From positions 49,538,001 through 49,602,000 of the forward strand of contig OZ286462.1 of assembly GCA_965644265.1 (NCBI GenBank): a stretch of 64,000 nucleotides of DNA, read 5' to 3'. Position numbers and translations under genes: made by a program. Shown piece by piece: positions 24,940-38,229 of the stretch. The first letter of the stretch is position 1. Each line of letters opens with the position of its first letter. Under the pieces are notes generated by a model. It saw nothing but the letters and a program-made list of their open reading frames with translations, had not been told where the DNA came from and ran no database searches. Origin of the DNA: Glycera tridactyla. Taxonomy: Eukaryota.

Positions 24940-27550
24940 GGGTCATTCCATGGTATTCCGGACATGCACTTCCATTTTTCAAACTTAGTAGTCAGCTGAA
25001 ATTTTTATTCCAAATCATTGTCAACAAGTTCAAGTGTCGGGGAACAACTTCGTTCTGGTCAGAATTTGGAGACTCTGGTAGATATAGCGGTTTTGGGGAG
25101 CGTTGCGGACGGACAAATTTCATATTGCCATAACTTTGATTTGCAAAATCATACGAGTCTCAAATTTGATAACAGACATCCTTCACCTATGTTATTTATG
25201 AAAACTATTGTTTTGGTCCAGATTTTTGGAAATGTTTGAGAAAAAAAATCAATTTTTTGACAAAATAATGTCCGTCCACAACACTCAACCTTCAAAAGTT
25301 CACTTTTTTTGAAGAAATTTCAAATTGTTTTTCTCAAGACTTCAGTTCCTCTTGAAAAATGCAGAGATGATGGTAGGTGGCGAGTTATGAATGAATATCT
25401 CTGCAACTTTTTTTTTTATTAAGATTTCATCAAGTGTCCGTCCGCAAAGCCCGAAAAGCATCTATCAGCAACACTCAGTGTTTGGTAAAAAAAATCTACC
25501 AATAAAAGTTTAGCTCATTTTGGATATCACTTAAAATACTCACATTATAAAGGTCATTGATTATTCCACCCTTGACCCTTTCATGCTCAGATGATCCCCA
25601 AAATTTCATCGAAAAATGTGTCTCTCAATCACAACTTGCAACCTTGGATCTGATCATATGGTGTGACATGGGGAATATGCCGAGCAAATTTGGCATGGAG
25701 AATAACCCACTTGATTTATTGGTTGAAAACAATATGAATACTGTTGCAATGAAGGAAGGGTCGAGTGCACTCACCATGTGTTTTAATGTCTCACATCCCC
25801 CCCCCCACTCCTCCACCACACCTTGCTGAGCAAGCTAGCTGGGAGGGTGGAGTGAGTGATGAGGAGGTGACTTGTACTGAGCAGTGTAACCATGTTCACC
25901 CTATCCATATACAGTAGTTGCTCACCAAGTTGTGAGCAGATCTGGCCTAGTTGCAAGCAGTGAGCAGATCTAGGGTGAGTCCATAGGTAGATAGAGCAAC
26001 CCCCCCCCCCCCCCCTTCCCTCACAGTTAGAAGGGTGGGTGAGTAAGTGGGGAGGGGATGCATCAGGCACACTAATACCTGCAGATCATCACTAACAAGA
26101 GTCACCTGAACCATACACTTGTTCTATTGAAGAACAACTCACTCCGTGTGAATGAAACAAAAAATTGGATATTTTCATGATTTTGAGAAAAATTGGTGAA
26201 AAAGGTGAAATTTTATAAAAACAGGAGAAAAATGACAGAATGATTTCATAGAAATATCAATATGCTCCTCATCTGTAATTAATATACTTAATATAAGAAG
26301 ATATACACATGTATTTCCAGGGTATGGTAAATTATTTTAGTACACCTCACATAACAAGGATAAATGTGTCCATCCACAGCGGTCTAGTGTCCGTCCGCAA
26401 GGCACCATTTTTCCATGTTTTTCCCTGATTTTTGAGAGCTCCTGTGAAAATCTCTTTATATGTTTCAGACATGGACTGAAGATGCTCATTAGGCCCAGTT
26501 ACTGAATAATTGTCCATAAACACAGCAAAAAATGTCAGACTTAGGTGACTGGAAATTGATATTTTCCTGTTTTGGGAGAGAAAAAATCGTAAAAGGGCTA
26601 AAATGGAGTGAAAAGGGTGGGAAATGACAAAATATTCACCCAATAATACTTAAATACTCCTTAACTTTAAGCAAAAATGTACAGGAAGATATCTGAATGT
26701 TTCTCCAGGATGTGGGAAACTATTTTGGTACACCTCATGTAACGGACAGAAGTGTCCGTCCGCTACGGTCAAAAGTGTCCGTCCGCAGCGCAACATCTTT
26801 TCAGATTTTTTTTTTTTTTCGAAGCTCTAGTGAAAATCTCCATATCCATATGTTTCAGTCATGGATTGAAGTTGCTTATTATACCAAATTACTGAATTAT
26901 TGTCCATAAACAGAGCAAAAAATGTCTGACTAAGTGACTGGAAATTGACATTTTCATGATTTCGGAGAGAAAAAATTGTCAAAGGGCTAAAATTTAGTGA
27001 AAAATGATGAAATAATTATCCACAAATACTTGAATACTTGTTATCTTTAATTAAAATAGTACAGGAAGATATTTGAATGTTTTACCAGGATGTGAGAAAC
27101 AATTCTGGAACACCTCATATAGCATGGACAAAAGTGTCCGTCCGCAACGGTCAAAAGTGTCCGTCCGCAGCGCAACATTTTTTCAGATTTTTCTGAATTT
27201 TCTGGAGCTTTGGTCAAAACCACTTTTCATATGCTCTCGGCATATACTCAAGATACTTATCTAGCCCAGTTACTAAATATTTGTCTGTAAACAGAGCAAA
27301 TTTTTTTGACTTTGTGACTGTACATCAAAACCCTTGTCCCAAAAGTGTCCGTCTGCAACGGTCGGGAAAATGCCCCCACAACCAACATGTGAGAGTTAAT
27401 GATAATAAAAATGCCTGTGATATGTTGAGTCTTGTATGTATAATGAATTGGCATAGGAAAAGTTTTGGTTTGGAGTCATGTTTTATCAAGAGATCAGAAT
27501 TATGTCTGCGAAGTGTCCGTCCGCAACGGAAAAATACCATGGAATGACCC
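24940..27550. mobile_element. 2.6-kb non-autonomous TIR element with 4-bp TSD (Sola2-like) and internal repeats of about 380 bp
   Basis: 18-bp TIR GGGTCATTCCATGGTATT/AATACCATGGAATGACCC flanked by TGCA; repeated GTGTCCGTCCGC motifs; three tandem units starting near 26341, 26729 and 27109. Confidence 0.75.
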
Positions 27551-28258
27551 TGCATTCCCCCTCTCATCATATGGCCATACAGAGAAGGAAGTGAGGACTG
27601 CCCGAGAGAGGCTGGTGTCGAGGAGGAAATGCGCGGGACACTTATCCCGGGCGAGTGTAGTACCTTTTCTCATTTACTACCCTACTCGCAACTTGATCCG
27701 TGCGCCTGTGTGAAAAGGGGCCCACTGTCAAAAATGTGTGAAATGCCACCTCTGGATGCGACCCTTATCACCCTTGGTGGTGACAGAATGAGATACATGC
27801 TGAAAATAATAGAGAGGCTTCACAGTTGCCAACTCATCCAGAATACCCTGCTGAGTGCATACTTTCGGCAGGAAGAGTGAACAAGAGAATCAACACTTTT
27901 CACACTCCATGACCTTGAAATTAAAGATGGTCACACAAAAATCCAAAGTTGTCTTGCCGGACAAGGAGAGTAGGCTGGCCATTGATCAGGGACCTTAAGA
28001 CTAAAGTTGGCTGCCGTGGACTACGAGACTCTGGACACAAACTTCAGAAATTGGTTATGCTCCCAGGCGGAGATGGCTGGCCTTCAAACATTACAAGTTA
28101 TTGTCCAGGAGAGTGTACATTGAAACATTGTCCAGAAACCAACATTCACACAACCACCCATACACCCACATGAGGTGGATTCGAGAGTCCAACACCTACA
28201 TATGCTCCACATGGAATTACTGAATAAAATGAAAACACCAAATTATAAAAAAGTGTAG

Positions 28259-28264
28259 TTTATT
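28259..28264 (-). terminator. Probable distal polyadenylation signal of cyclin A
   Basis: AATAAA on the minus strand followed by a T/GT-rich tract (ttttttataatttggtgttttcatttt). Implies a 3' UTR of about 3.4 kb. Confidence 0.5.
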
Positions 28265-31200
28265 GCTGATTCTACATGGTTTGATATGTATCAGATTGAT
28301 ATGGAACATGCTGATCATGTGTATAAAATGGCTTTTCATCCACACATACAAATACTTACTCCAAAATATGTCTTGGCATTAGTGAGAAGATAAAAGATAA
28401 TAGTACGGGGCTGAATAGGATTGAATCCAGACCTAATTTGCTTGAATCTGAACCAGTGCTTCAATACTTGGCATCTGTGCTCTTATGACGGATGCCCAAC
28501 CAGTGGTGCGATAAACAGATTTACATACGCGGTCCCATCAACAGTTTGTTTGTTTGAGGTTTAACGGCATGCATCAACCCGTGGGTTATTCATGCAGTGT
28601 GTTCCTGGTTAATGAAAGCTAGATGTTCTCTCCCCTGCAACAGGAATTGGAACTGGTAAGTATGTTACTTGCTAGAGACTGACAAGTCCAAAGCGATGTA
28701 ATAAACAAAGCAGTGTCCACCGTCTAAAATGAGGGAATTCATTGGGTTTGGAAAATGCAATTGCATATTCCAAGTGTTTAGTAATGAACTTTTATCCTCA
28801 TTTTTAAGTTGAGATACATACAGCCAGACAATATAGGCCCTTTTCTGGAGTCCACGAACAAGCGGCAATTCGAACACTACCATAAGTAAGCTCGCACAAT
28901 TGCCCTTCAATGGATCTCCAAAATATATGGCTGGCTGCACTGACAGATCTCAAGAAACAATTCTGTTAATCAGTCATGGAACAGTCAACCTCTAACCAGT
29001 CTCAATATTTGTTGTTTCTTGTAGCAAATATAATGCAAAGTGAGATTATCCACCGAGTGAGTGATTGAAGTGAAAAAGAAGGAACCTGATGTGTAATCCC
29101 GGTGGAATTCCTAGACATCCTAATGTTAATACTTAGACCCTCAGATTGGTGCTACACCCCTGACAATTCTTATACAAGATCCAAAGTCAACATCCAAGGC
29201 AGATGGGTCAGGTCCTGATGCACCAGTAGATAGATACAAGAGGGGCAATTCCCCAATTACTGAATGACTCAGTGGCTCTGCCAAGATCCAATGCAGCTTC
29301 TGAAGTGGGACCAACAAGGCATGTGTACTGGCCCCAAAGCACTATCTGGTGGCAATTTTCCATTTGATCTTTGCCAAAGCCCTAGCCTATGAAAATGCTG
29401 CCAAACCCTGATCATGATGGAAGATGACTGAAAAGACCTCACAAAGTTTACATTCTGTCATAATTTTGACTAGACCCCAAGCATTGCTGATTACCAATCA
29501 GATACTAAACCAAACCCACCCACACTCGACAACTGACCACTACACTGAATTTCCCGTTTCAATAAATTTCAAATTTGACGAAATGCCCAACAAGCAAAAT
29601 GCCAAAAAGTTCATATCCAATATATTTTGCATGTCATGTAGACAAGATGCACATGTTGCACCAACCACACTGGAATAATGGATGCCGCAAGTATTATCTG
29701 TCTACATGCTATAACCACAACCCTGGAATCTTGAAGAACATCACATCAATAGAATGCAACAATGAGTAATCTTTTACTTGGCTGCAGATAGAGCAGTTTC
29801 AAATTACTTTGAATGGTGTGTGCAGTATGAAATCAACAGGGATAAAAGAGAATGCACAAATGTGAGTGAAGAATGGGACTCAAAATGACCAAAGCATTCT
29901 CAAGGATACAGTGATGCCGATGGGATGAAGGGAAAACTTCCTTGATATAGTCAGATTATCTCTTAATACCCGCACATATCATCAAAGTTATATATTCTGA
30001 AACTTCTAGCCAGATTGCTGTAACTTCCAATTTTGTAATTCCGAATATTGGCATCACTGAGAATATTGAAAGATAACTTTAAATAACATTCTGAATTTGA
30101 TTGCCACACATGCAAGTCCCTGGAATATTATTCCCACACACTGATTGTAAAAATAACCATATTACAACATGCAAAGATTTCTAGCACATGATCAATGAAA
30201 AAATAAATACTTTGTAGAATAAAAATGTTTGGGATACTCAGTTTCATCCCAAAGGAAATCTCATGCTTTTAAGACTTTTCACAAATGAAGAATTATTATG
30301 ACATTGTTGTTTCATCATGATTCAGTTGGTTGCAGTTTCAAGAGTTGCGCAATTTCGACATTTAAGACAAATACTAAAACCTTCACACTTAACGTTCAAA
30401 TGATCAGAACCTTCCACAACTAAAATCCTAAAATATATAGTGGCAGCCTCGTTTGCCCGAATGAATCAACTACACATTTATGACAATACTTGTTCTGATC
30501 TAAGGGATCACTAAAATACTACTGAGATCTGTGGAGTCTCAAATTGATTAGTTATGCATGATTTTTGAATTATGCATTTGCTGCCTAAAACCTGAGTTCC
30601 CGCAGAAGAAACTCAATAATGTACAAGAACATAAATAATATTTACAAACATATTCTACACATTTATCGTTGGTGGTGACACCATGAAATTGGATCTCTAA
30701 AATAAGGGCTGGATTTGAAACAGTTGCAGAAATAAAATTATGACAGAAGGTGGCGAAAGACCATGTATAAGTTAAAACTATCTGTGAATCAGATATCCAT
30801 AAAAAGATGTCGTAATGCTTCCTGCAAGTATGACAAATGAGCACCAAATAACATTACTCTGACTGGGCAGATTGTAGCAAACTGGCAGTGCACACAATAC
30901 TCATACTGAGTAGCATTCACAGACACACAGCAACAGTCACATACACTCTCACAAACACACAAACACACACAAAGAACCGTAATCCTCAAGACTTAACATT
31001 CTGAACGAATGATACCCCAATTTGAGCACTGGAATCCAAAAAAAATAATCTAAACATATGCCAAATGTATGGGGGTCTGAAAGTAAGCCTCATGACAATC
31101 TGCGGCAATTGGCAAACCAGCCAAATACTGTAAGAATTCCAGGAGAAAACTGACAGAATGTCAATGCAATAGATAGCCACTGCTTGTTCATTTGATATTG

Positions 31201-31666
31201 GCATTTCCAAAGTGGGTAGGATGGTATAAAACTCTTGAGGATAAGGTGCAAGCAGGCATTTTTACACAGGTACCACAACTATGTTGACACTCATAACAAT
31301 GGTCACTTTGTGGCCAGAGGCAGCATCAAGCTGGGGCACTTGACTGCAACCATAATTCACGCGCCTCTATTCAGCCATATGGCATTAGACTAGTCACATC
31401 GTTATTCACATGATTCAAAACTCCAGGTCATGTGACACGGGAAGATAAGTACCCCCATCTCTGATCCACTAGAGGGTAACATTGCACATACGGCTGACTA
31501 TGAATGAAAGACTGTTCTCCATAGAGTCCCCAGTGATAAAGTCCAGCTGGTCATACCCAGCACGCCACATCACAGCCTAGACGACGCCCTCCTCTACGGG
31601 GCGCTATGAGCAGGGGGCGATCAGAATCACCGAGTTATAATCCAACTAGAACGACATCAGCATACA

Positions 31667-34600
31667 TCAGTGAACGATACCAGCCAGAGATGCTGGTGGA
31701 CTCAATAGTGACACTTGGTTGTACTTTGTCTGCTTGTACTTTTCTCGCACGGCCTGTTGTGGGTGCGTTGCAGCTCGTGTGTATGCTTGGTACAAGTCCT
31801 TCACACATTCTTGCATTCCTTCAAGTTGATAACCACTCCTCTCCATAAACAGTTGTGACTGAAACACAAAGAAATTGCCCATGAACAAAAGGGAAAATTA
31901 ACTTATCTTGGCCTCAATCGGGATTTGATATTTCGACATAATTCCTGTATTAGCCACCACCCAATTCCTGTACTTTCAAATCAAATTGCAGATTAATTTG
32001 AAATTAGTCTTTCCATGATTCCAGGCCCGCTGTGAACCTCTCCATTCTAGCTGATGCCGATCCCAGGATAAAACACTTCCCATGAGAAATGATGGCAGTA
32101 TTTGCAGTGATCAAACAAGAAGATCCTGAATTTTTAATGTTAGGTGAAATGGCAATATTTCTGCTCAAAAAGAGGACTCATCACTCCAAAATCGTAATGT
32201 TGGTAGAGCCATTGTTGATTATGGATGAAAAAGCTGTAAACTCTGCAATGATACTCACACATGACTGATGACCCAGCGTGTAGTTGGCTAAGCAAACAGC
32301 TGCAGCAGCGATCTCACTCGGCAAGTAGTTGAGGAAAGGATCGGCATCAACCAATGTCATCTCACACAGATACTGAAAAAGCAAAAGTCAAACATACTGA
32401 AGACTCCAATGTGCCAGAACATTCATGCATTATCAACACGAATTCCCTTAAGCTGTTATAATTGTTTGGATGCTTCAAAAGTGAGGGTTTGATTGAGAAT
32501 AATCTGCCTTGGTAGGCATGGCAATATTCACCTGACTACTAAGTTGAAAAGTTTGGTAGCCAGCCGATACATTGCCAATTACGACCTCCCAAAACTTTAG
32601 GGGTGGCTGGCTCCCAACTCAAAGGGTATGATAGCCATAGGGTAACTTTGGTAGCCATCGGCTACCCACAGGTAGCAACAGAGAGCTGTGTTGTGAAAAA
32701 CATGTACCCTGTGAGAGATTTTGCACAGCCATCACGGTTTACAGTGAATGGGCAGTCAGAACCAAACATTGCTCAATATATCCAAACCTAGGTGATTTGT
32801 CTGCATGCCTACATGACCCCTTTGGATACAAACCTGAACATCCATGTCCCTAAGGGATGAATCAGCATGTATTCCCCATGTGCACTGCAAATATCCAGGA
32901 TCATTTTCGGCATCTTGTGTTGTGTGAAATTATGCGAAACACTGATCCTACTCACCATGGCCAGTGACTTCACTTTGTCATCAGCGCTGATGTCACCCAA
33001 GAACTTATCACAGAAAAAATTCACTGTTGGTACTGCCACTTGGAAATCTAGCACTTTTAACACAAGATGTTCCATACGGAGGATCTGAAAGCATAAGCAA
33101 GATGTGACCATTTGAGATTATGAATTCTCCAGGGACAGTAGCAGTAACTTAACTGGATGATTGTACTGCAGACCATTTCATTGAACAAATTGGGTGCATA
33201 AAATTGGATATGTCCCTGAAGAATATTCATCAAATAAGCAGGGATGTGATTGACAATGAAAATCTTCCCATAGGCGCGTTTCAAAGATTCTGTACACTAC
33301 TGTTGACTAATTGCTACTTCAAACTGCATATGAATTTGTGCTCTGTCTCCAATAATTCTGGTAAGATTTTCATGAGCTAAAATCCAGAATGATCAGCCAA
33401 ATGTATGGATTGCTACACTGATCAAATCCCTGGAAATCCGCGGAACAGTCACATCCTTGGTTAAGACATTCGGTCCTCTCAATTCTTTAAATTTCTCACA
33501 ACTGAACTGAGTATACCTAAAACTCTCCAATAGTTTTTTCCAGGCCTGGTCAAGCGGGGCTAGACAAACAAAGCAAATGCCACAAGAAAACTTACCTGTT
33601 TTTGCGTGTATGTGTCATCTGTGATGTAAACAAACTCGTTGACCTCTGGTGGGTATATCTCCTCATATTTCCTTTAAAAAAAACATGTGGGTGGTTAATT
33701 TTGTCGAAAAAAGGTGTGAAACAGTGATTGTAGGCTGCAGTACCCAGGGTTAGTTTCTCAGACTAGCATCAGTACTAACTCCTTGGTGCCAGAGAATGTG
33801 AGAATTAGGATGGACCACACTCATCCCTGGCAAGTGATTCAACATGTGCCATGTCGGAGGAAGTTCAGGTCCAAAAAGATATTTGCTTGCCCATCTAGAA
33901 ACCAACCTGTCCTGGCTGAATTTGCATATAATCTATGAGATTTCGCTCACATGATATACTCTGCCCACATCTAACCCCAGACCAACTTCGAAGCACATAG
34001 CAGATACTTACGATGCAAGGAACATACAAGCTGCTCCAACAAGCTGAAGCTTCCCTCGAAGAACAGACATTTGCGAAAGAAACCGGTCGAGGTAGTTGAC
34101 AGCAAGACATAGCGTCTCCCGGTGCAGTTTATACTCCTCTGCTACTTCCACTAGCCAGTCAATAAGGACACAGCGCATGTTGTAGGTGATGTCAGGCTGC
34201 TTTCTCATGTACCCTGCCTTGGGCCTATGTTTTCGCTGAGAACAAAAAGAGGAAATCATGTTACTACATACATGGAAATACAGGGCTGCCAACCTCCGAA
34301 AATCGGTTTCAGTACCCGGAGACCCCATTTTCAGTAACCTGGGCCCATTTTCAGTAACCAATTTTCAGTAACCTTTTTCAATGTATAGAAGTGGTATTAT
34401 GACATTAAACTGTATGATACTGTAGGAAAGGGGCCTATGTCTAATAGTTCCGATGAATACCGCCGCCGCCATGTGTGGCGCTGTAAAGCTCGCAATTTCC
34501 GTGAAACCCTGCCATCTATCGCAAATTTGACGAATTACGATAGTTCCGATTATTTCCGCTACAACACGGGTGGCGCTGCGAAACTCGCATCTTTCATGAA

Positions 34601-37368
34601 ACCCCGCCATCTCTCGCTTATTCGCTGAACTGCGATCGGATCACCTGGAAGTCTCGCACGATTCTACCTCCATAACAGCGCAAGATGGCGGCGCCCTCAG
34701 ATTACGTGTTTTCGCACAATAAAGCCGGGTTTCTACACAGTTTTCAACGATTTATCGGGATTTTTAGCTGGCGGATGTAAAAATCGTAACCAGCGACGGC
34801 AAATCGGAACTTGTGGAGTTTGCCGTGAAAATCGTAATGGTTACGGGAAATGCGGAATACTTGGCAGCCCTGGAAATAGGCCAAAGGTTCAATCTCTGGC
34901 CACTCTATACATTTACATGGTTACTACAGTTGGTGGGAGGCTAAATTTGGAGCAAAATCCAAAGGTTTCTTAATGTCTAACAACCATTCAAGTGGTGCAT
35001 CAGCAATGAAGTGTTAGATATGATTCAATGGATGACCTGATCGACCATCAACAGAAAATCACCTTATCAAATTCCATCCTAATCAAACTACCCAATCACC
35101 ATGCTCATTTCTATCTTTTTTCAGGATGGTGAATAATCTTTCATCTTTGGCAAACCTCTCCACAGGAGCTCAACATGTGTTGTTCTGGATGCACTGAGAC
35201 TACAAAATTTATCACAGGGAGTAGGTAATTAGGTCATCGATGTGCTTTTGAGAGTGTTGGAACCAGTCAGTCATCACAAGGCACTGTGGTGATGCATTTT
35301 CTGGTACGTCCCGCTCATTTTGTGCACTTTGAATGAGAGAGGGGTCTACTTTCACATCACTGATGAGTCCCTGAGATGCTAGAGAATCTGGCAGTATACA
35401 ATTATATGAGCTGAAATAATGAAACTGGTGAATATGTTCATGAACATAACTATGATAATGTGAATGATATGAAATCCATTCATGGCACGCTCTCATCCAA
35501 TGCATCAAACGACTCACTCTGAACAGCCAGCCAGGGTCCCAGGACGCATCATTTTGATGAGAATACATCACTATATTGCTTTATGATAATAAGCAACCCT
35601 TGCTAGGATACTAACCTCACACTCCCGCACATATTCATAAATCTCATGAGAATATTCGGCCGAGCTCAGGAGACGGTGGAATCGCTGTTCAGGTGTTTCT
35701 TCATGGCCTAGATCACATGACTGGTCGAGCACCATAGGAGTATCTGAAAAGAATCAACAATGACATCAGTCCAGAAGAGGGGAAGGTTTCACACTAAACG
35801 TCCATTCGGCACAACAATGACATCAGATGATATACAACAAGATACTGTGGGATATTCCTCCTTTTGGCCTGATCACATTGGTACATGATTCAATTGCCCT
35901 TGGCAGGTGGGGCGGCTATCTTCTCAACCTGAGATCCATTGAATGTTATAAGCTTGCATTGAACAGTTGCCATCAGTCTGAATGTATCTTTTGAAGACAT
36001 CACTTTAGATATCTTCAGTAAAGCATATGCAATTAAACTCACCTCGCTCTGGACTTTCTTCGATCTCTATCACCTCATATGGTTTTGACTCTGCCACATT
36101 CAAGGGAGCCAACGGATGACGTGCCTGAAGAGTTGGGATAGCTGTTGTGGGCTTTTTCTCTTGCAGACCACTTGGCTTGCTGCTGTTTTGATATGTTGAG
36201 CCATCATCTGCGTGGATAGTGAATCCCTGACTTCCAAATGTCTTTCCTCCAACCTTGGCATTTTCACAACGGCCAAAGCACTCCTCCGCTGAGGGCTGCA
36301 AAATAAGACACCCTGACCATCAACAAATGAAGCACTGGACAGCTCTTGAATTTCTCCAGGATCCATATAAAGACCAAGCACCACTGAAGAACAGGGAAGA
36401 CCTGATAAGCAATGCAGAAGTGGGGATCATGCAACTGGCACCTCAAAAGAAGAATCTTGATGAGGTGTTGACCCAAATGAACATCCTTCATTATTGTGCA
36501 ATAACATCCTGGGCAGGTCCACCACTTTTTCACTTTAGCAATGTGAAATTCCACTGTTCATCTGTAATGTCCAGTCACTGGCTTGGTGTAATCCTGTGTT
36601 GGCATGCCATATGCTAGATCTTTTCATATTGACAAGTCTAGGCAAACTGGCTAAATAAAATCAGACTGACTGTTCATAAGAAAAAAAATGTCATTATACT
36701 AGGTGGCAGCAAAACATCAATCATCTCTGCAACTCGATACTCACCAGTTGTAATGGATGGTGAATGCCAAAAATGGTTTTTTTCACCATTTCTGGCTAAA
36801 GCATAATTTGGCTAAAAATGTAATCACCAAGGATCACTGGTAATGAATATCCCAGCTCAATTTGCTACAGGAAATCTTGTTCGGTTGTTCAACACCAACA
36901 CATACCGTCATTGACCTTCATTCAATAAAACTCAATTTTCAATACACAATTTCACAATAGGGCGTAGCTCAACATTGCGTAATCTCAAAATGTATTATAT
37001 ATCACATGGAGTATTTCTGAATCATATCAGTCGAGGTTGTCAGGTTGTTGAAAGCAATCAACTGTGCCGCAGAAGCTGACGAATGCACCGCTTATTTATA
37101 GCGGGCAATTCCTGGAACAAAAGCGACCGGGGGTTAACCAACATTTCAAAATGGTGGCCACGCTCATTCTGCTCACCTGTTTAGCTGCTCGAGCTGGCTG
37201 GACGCGAGTTTGATTTGTGATGACTCCCAGAGCTGTGCGTTTCACTGCTGCTTGTTTCGTCACATTATCTTCTCGCTTCGTTCTTCGTAGCGCTGGATTT
37301 CCAAGGTTTTCTGTGACATCCTCATAAATCGTCAAGCCCCCAGCACCGAAGTTACCGAAAGGATTCAT
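31667..37368 (-). CDS. CCNA2: Cyclin A (complete, 435 aa)
   Basis: Exons in transcript order: 37368-37177, 36295-36043, 35743-35616, 34235-34012, 33671-33596, 33084-32956, 32372-32259, 31858-31667 (TGA). All GT-AG and in phase. D-box [13 protein letters not shown] motif FTIHAD, cyclin box [45 protein letters not shown] and QQAVREKYK. The symbol denotes the CCNA1/CCNA2 family. Confidence 0.96.
34281..34872. mobile_element. 592-bp hAT-like element in cyclin A intron 3
   Basis: 12-bp TIR CAGGGCTGCCAA/TTGGCAGCCCTG, duplication GAAATA, CpG-rich interior. Confidence 0.82.
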
Positions 37369-37589
37369 GTCGAAATTTGACTCACAATAAACTTTCGAAA
37401 ACTGGCATCAAATTTGGATCAGCGTGTGTAGAACTGGATACTGTGATCAAGTTGAACTCCGAGATGCGAAAAATGTCTGTTATAACACGCGAACCCAGGC
37501 AGAAAGTATCAATATGTGAGAAATTTGAAGAACTAAAAGTACCAATCCGACCTGGGCAGCGGTCACAGCGGTTCTGAGATATCACAACT

Positions 37590-37892
37590 CTCAAACGTTG
37601 AATTCCCCGCGAGCGTGTTGAACGGACCAATCAGCGCGTAGCATTTTGTCACGTGACCAACAAATAGCAACAACCTGCTCATTGAGGTAAACCGCGCGAA
37701 AAAAAGCAATGATTTCAGCAGTGATTTCAAGTTTTAATTTATCATCAAGCCAGAATTTACAACATTTAAAGGTCTTACAGGAACGCAATAGGATATTATA
37801 AGTAAAATTTCACAGATTCTAGTCGACATGGTGAGAATGATATCTGTTGACATCACGTGACCAAGCATTCAATGTAAACAAACGGCCACGTG
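37590..37892 (-). promoter_or_regulatory. Cyclin A proximal promoter (E2F, CCAAT, E-box, CHR-like sites)
   Basis: CpG-rich region 220-520 nt upstream of the ATG. E2F consensus TTTCGCGC (37694-37701, minus), TTCCCCGC (37603-37610), CCAAT (37627-37631), GTCACGTGAC (37648-37657), TCACGTGA (37853-37860), CACGTG (37887-37892), CHR-like TTTGAG (37590-37595, minus). Confidence 0.65.
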
Positions 37893-38229
37893 GGTGCTGG
37901 CACATGCTTCTGGCAGAGGGGGCGTGGCACCTTCCAGTATTCTTTCCTTAACTTTGTCAAGACTGTTTCAAATCGCCCTGTATTGAAGATGGCATCAATG
38001 AGAAATAAAATATGTGTACTCAGAACCCCAATACCCCGATATTGGGAATGAGAGACTTGGATTCATGCAATAGGTATATGCCTTACCAGTGATCAAAATC
38101 GTTGATTGGTTCAAGAATTATGCAAGCACAAGGAAATAGATCTTACAACCTCTGATGTTTACCAAATCATTGGAATGAGCCCGGGACTAACTTGAATAGA
38201 CAAGAGACATTGAGAAGATTGCCAGTTGA

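Noticed and set aside
25540-26130. Transposase remnant inside the Sola2-like element
   Set aside because: No recognisable DDD/E motifs; the region is low-complexity with short frames.
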